From Nemertoderma westbladi (taxonomy: Eukaryota; Animalia; Xenacoelomorpha): a stretch of DNA of 64,000 nt. The stretch covers positions 1-64,000 of the forward strand of contig JAUCBJ010008942.1 in NCBI GenBank assembly GCA_032718475.1, read 5' to 3'. The position numbers and the translations under genes were made by a program. Position 1 is the first letter of the stretch, and every line of letters starts with the position of its first letter. The notes under the pieces are model-generated. The model was not told where the DNA came from. It made no database searches and worked only from the letters and a program-made list of their open reading frames with translations. Of this stretch, positions 62,957-64,000 are shown in pieces.

Positions 62957-64000
62957 GAGTTGTCCGGAAACTATGGAAGGCGAGAGACTCTTCCCACGAC
63001 CACCTCCCTAATCCAACAAACATCTAGGGACTCCGCAATGTAACAGTGTTTGGAGTGGGTGTGTGACTACATTAATTTATTTTTTATTTTTATATTTATG
63101 TATATATTATTATGTAATCTTATTATTATAATCGTTTTCTTTAATTTTATTTAGTAGAATAATAGTTTAATGATTATTCAGTAGATTAGTACAATATATT
63201 CGTGTTTTATTACTTAATTACTTAGTATAATATATTTCGTTTAACGGCGAGAAATAATTCATTTTCTCTTTCCTTACTGTCCGTATCATACTAGAAATAC
63301 TTGACTACAGTAAGATGAAATGTCAGTACTTATTAAAGTACAATATACCGCCCCTACTATAATTAAGTATTATTGGTAAGTAGAGTATTAGGAATGCAAA
63401 GTTCAGATCCTCATGTCTCGGCTAAACCAAGCTCTGGGTAGACCTTGGAAACGACTTGCCTCTTCTCACTGACATTGCTTCTTGCAATATTGCTCTCATA
63501 CCGTATCTTAAATAATACGTATAGTAGAATGATGTCCATTTAACAGTAGCGATTGAAGCGCAAAATATTTGTTAAACAAATCTGTTAATCAATCTTCAAA
63601 TAAATCTGTTAAACCCTTTGGCAATCTGAAATTCTAGTCGATTAAGATATCGCGGCACCCACCGATATACTTGAAAGACGAAATTCTAGAATCAGTGGTT
63701 AACGTCCCCAGACATGTTCTGGAATAAATCGGTGCCCATCCTAAATATTAAATATTTAATAAATATTTACAACGTTTGATATAACAAATGTTAAAATAGA
63801 GAAAAGTATAAATTAAATCTGTTAAAATTTTAGATCCTCTAAAATTCTAGTCGATTGAGATATTGTAGTACTTACCGATACTCTTAAAAGACAAATTTCT
63901 GGAATTAAGGATCCTAGTTCCCAGACATGTTCTAGAATAAAATTGTGTCTATTTTAATATCAAATAATAAAATTCATGGGAATAAATTTTAAATTCATAT

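Larger units (their letters stand above)
24975..64000 (+). mobile_element. BEL/Pao copy C, host of the nest; 3' LTR lies beyond the window
   Basis: Own segments 24975-26953, 31360-31385, ~34171-34856, 54155-58021 and 58664-64000 join into a sequence colinear with the reverse complement of A. Confidence 0.88.

Overview
Eukaryotic (metazoan-type) transposon nest with almost no host coding sequence. Three members of one long BEL/Pao LTR-retrotransposon family are present: B (1-5374, minus strand, partial), C (24975 to beyond 64000, plus strand, heavily interrupted) and A (38207-53929, minus strand, complete, 1181-bp LTRs, 5-bp TSD GTAAA). Also present are a second LTR family (D1 6591-13023, complete but with no recognisable pol; D2 31386-~34170, truncated), an older BEL remnant, two RTE-like LINEs, a TA-targeting TIR element carrying a Helitron-like tandem, several MITE/foldback elements and the 5' exon of a cadherin-family gene with a truncated duplicate. 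Main observation: none of the four LTR elements whose 5' LTR/leader junction is visible has a TGG tRNA primer-binding site. In each, the 10-13 nt abutting the 5' LTR are the exact reverse complement of a segment inside the same LTR. In the three BEL copies this pairing sits at the homologous position but has a different sequence each time (compensatory change). This points to Tf1-like tRNA-independent self-priming in BEL/Pao elements. Second observation: the two LTR families share a homologous Cys/His-rich accessory ORF just upstream of the 3' LTR. All comparisons were made by eye; no searches were run.
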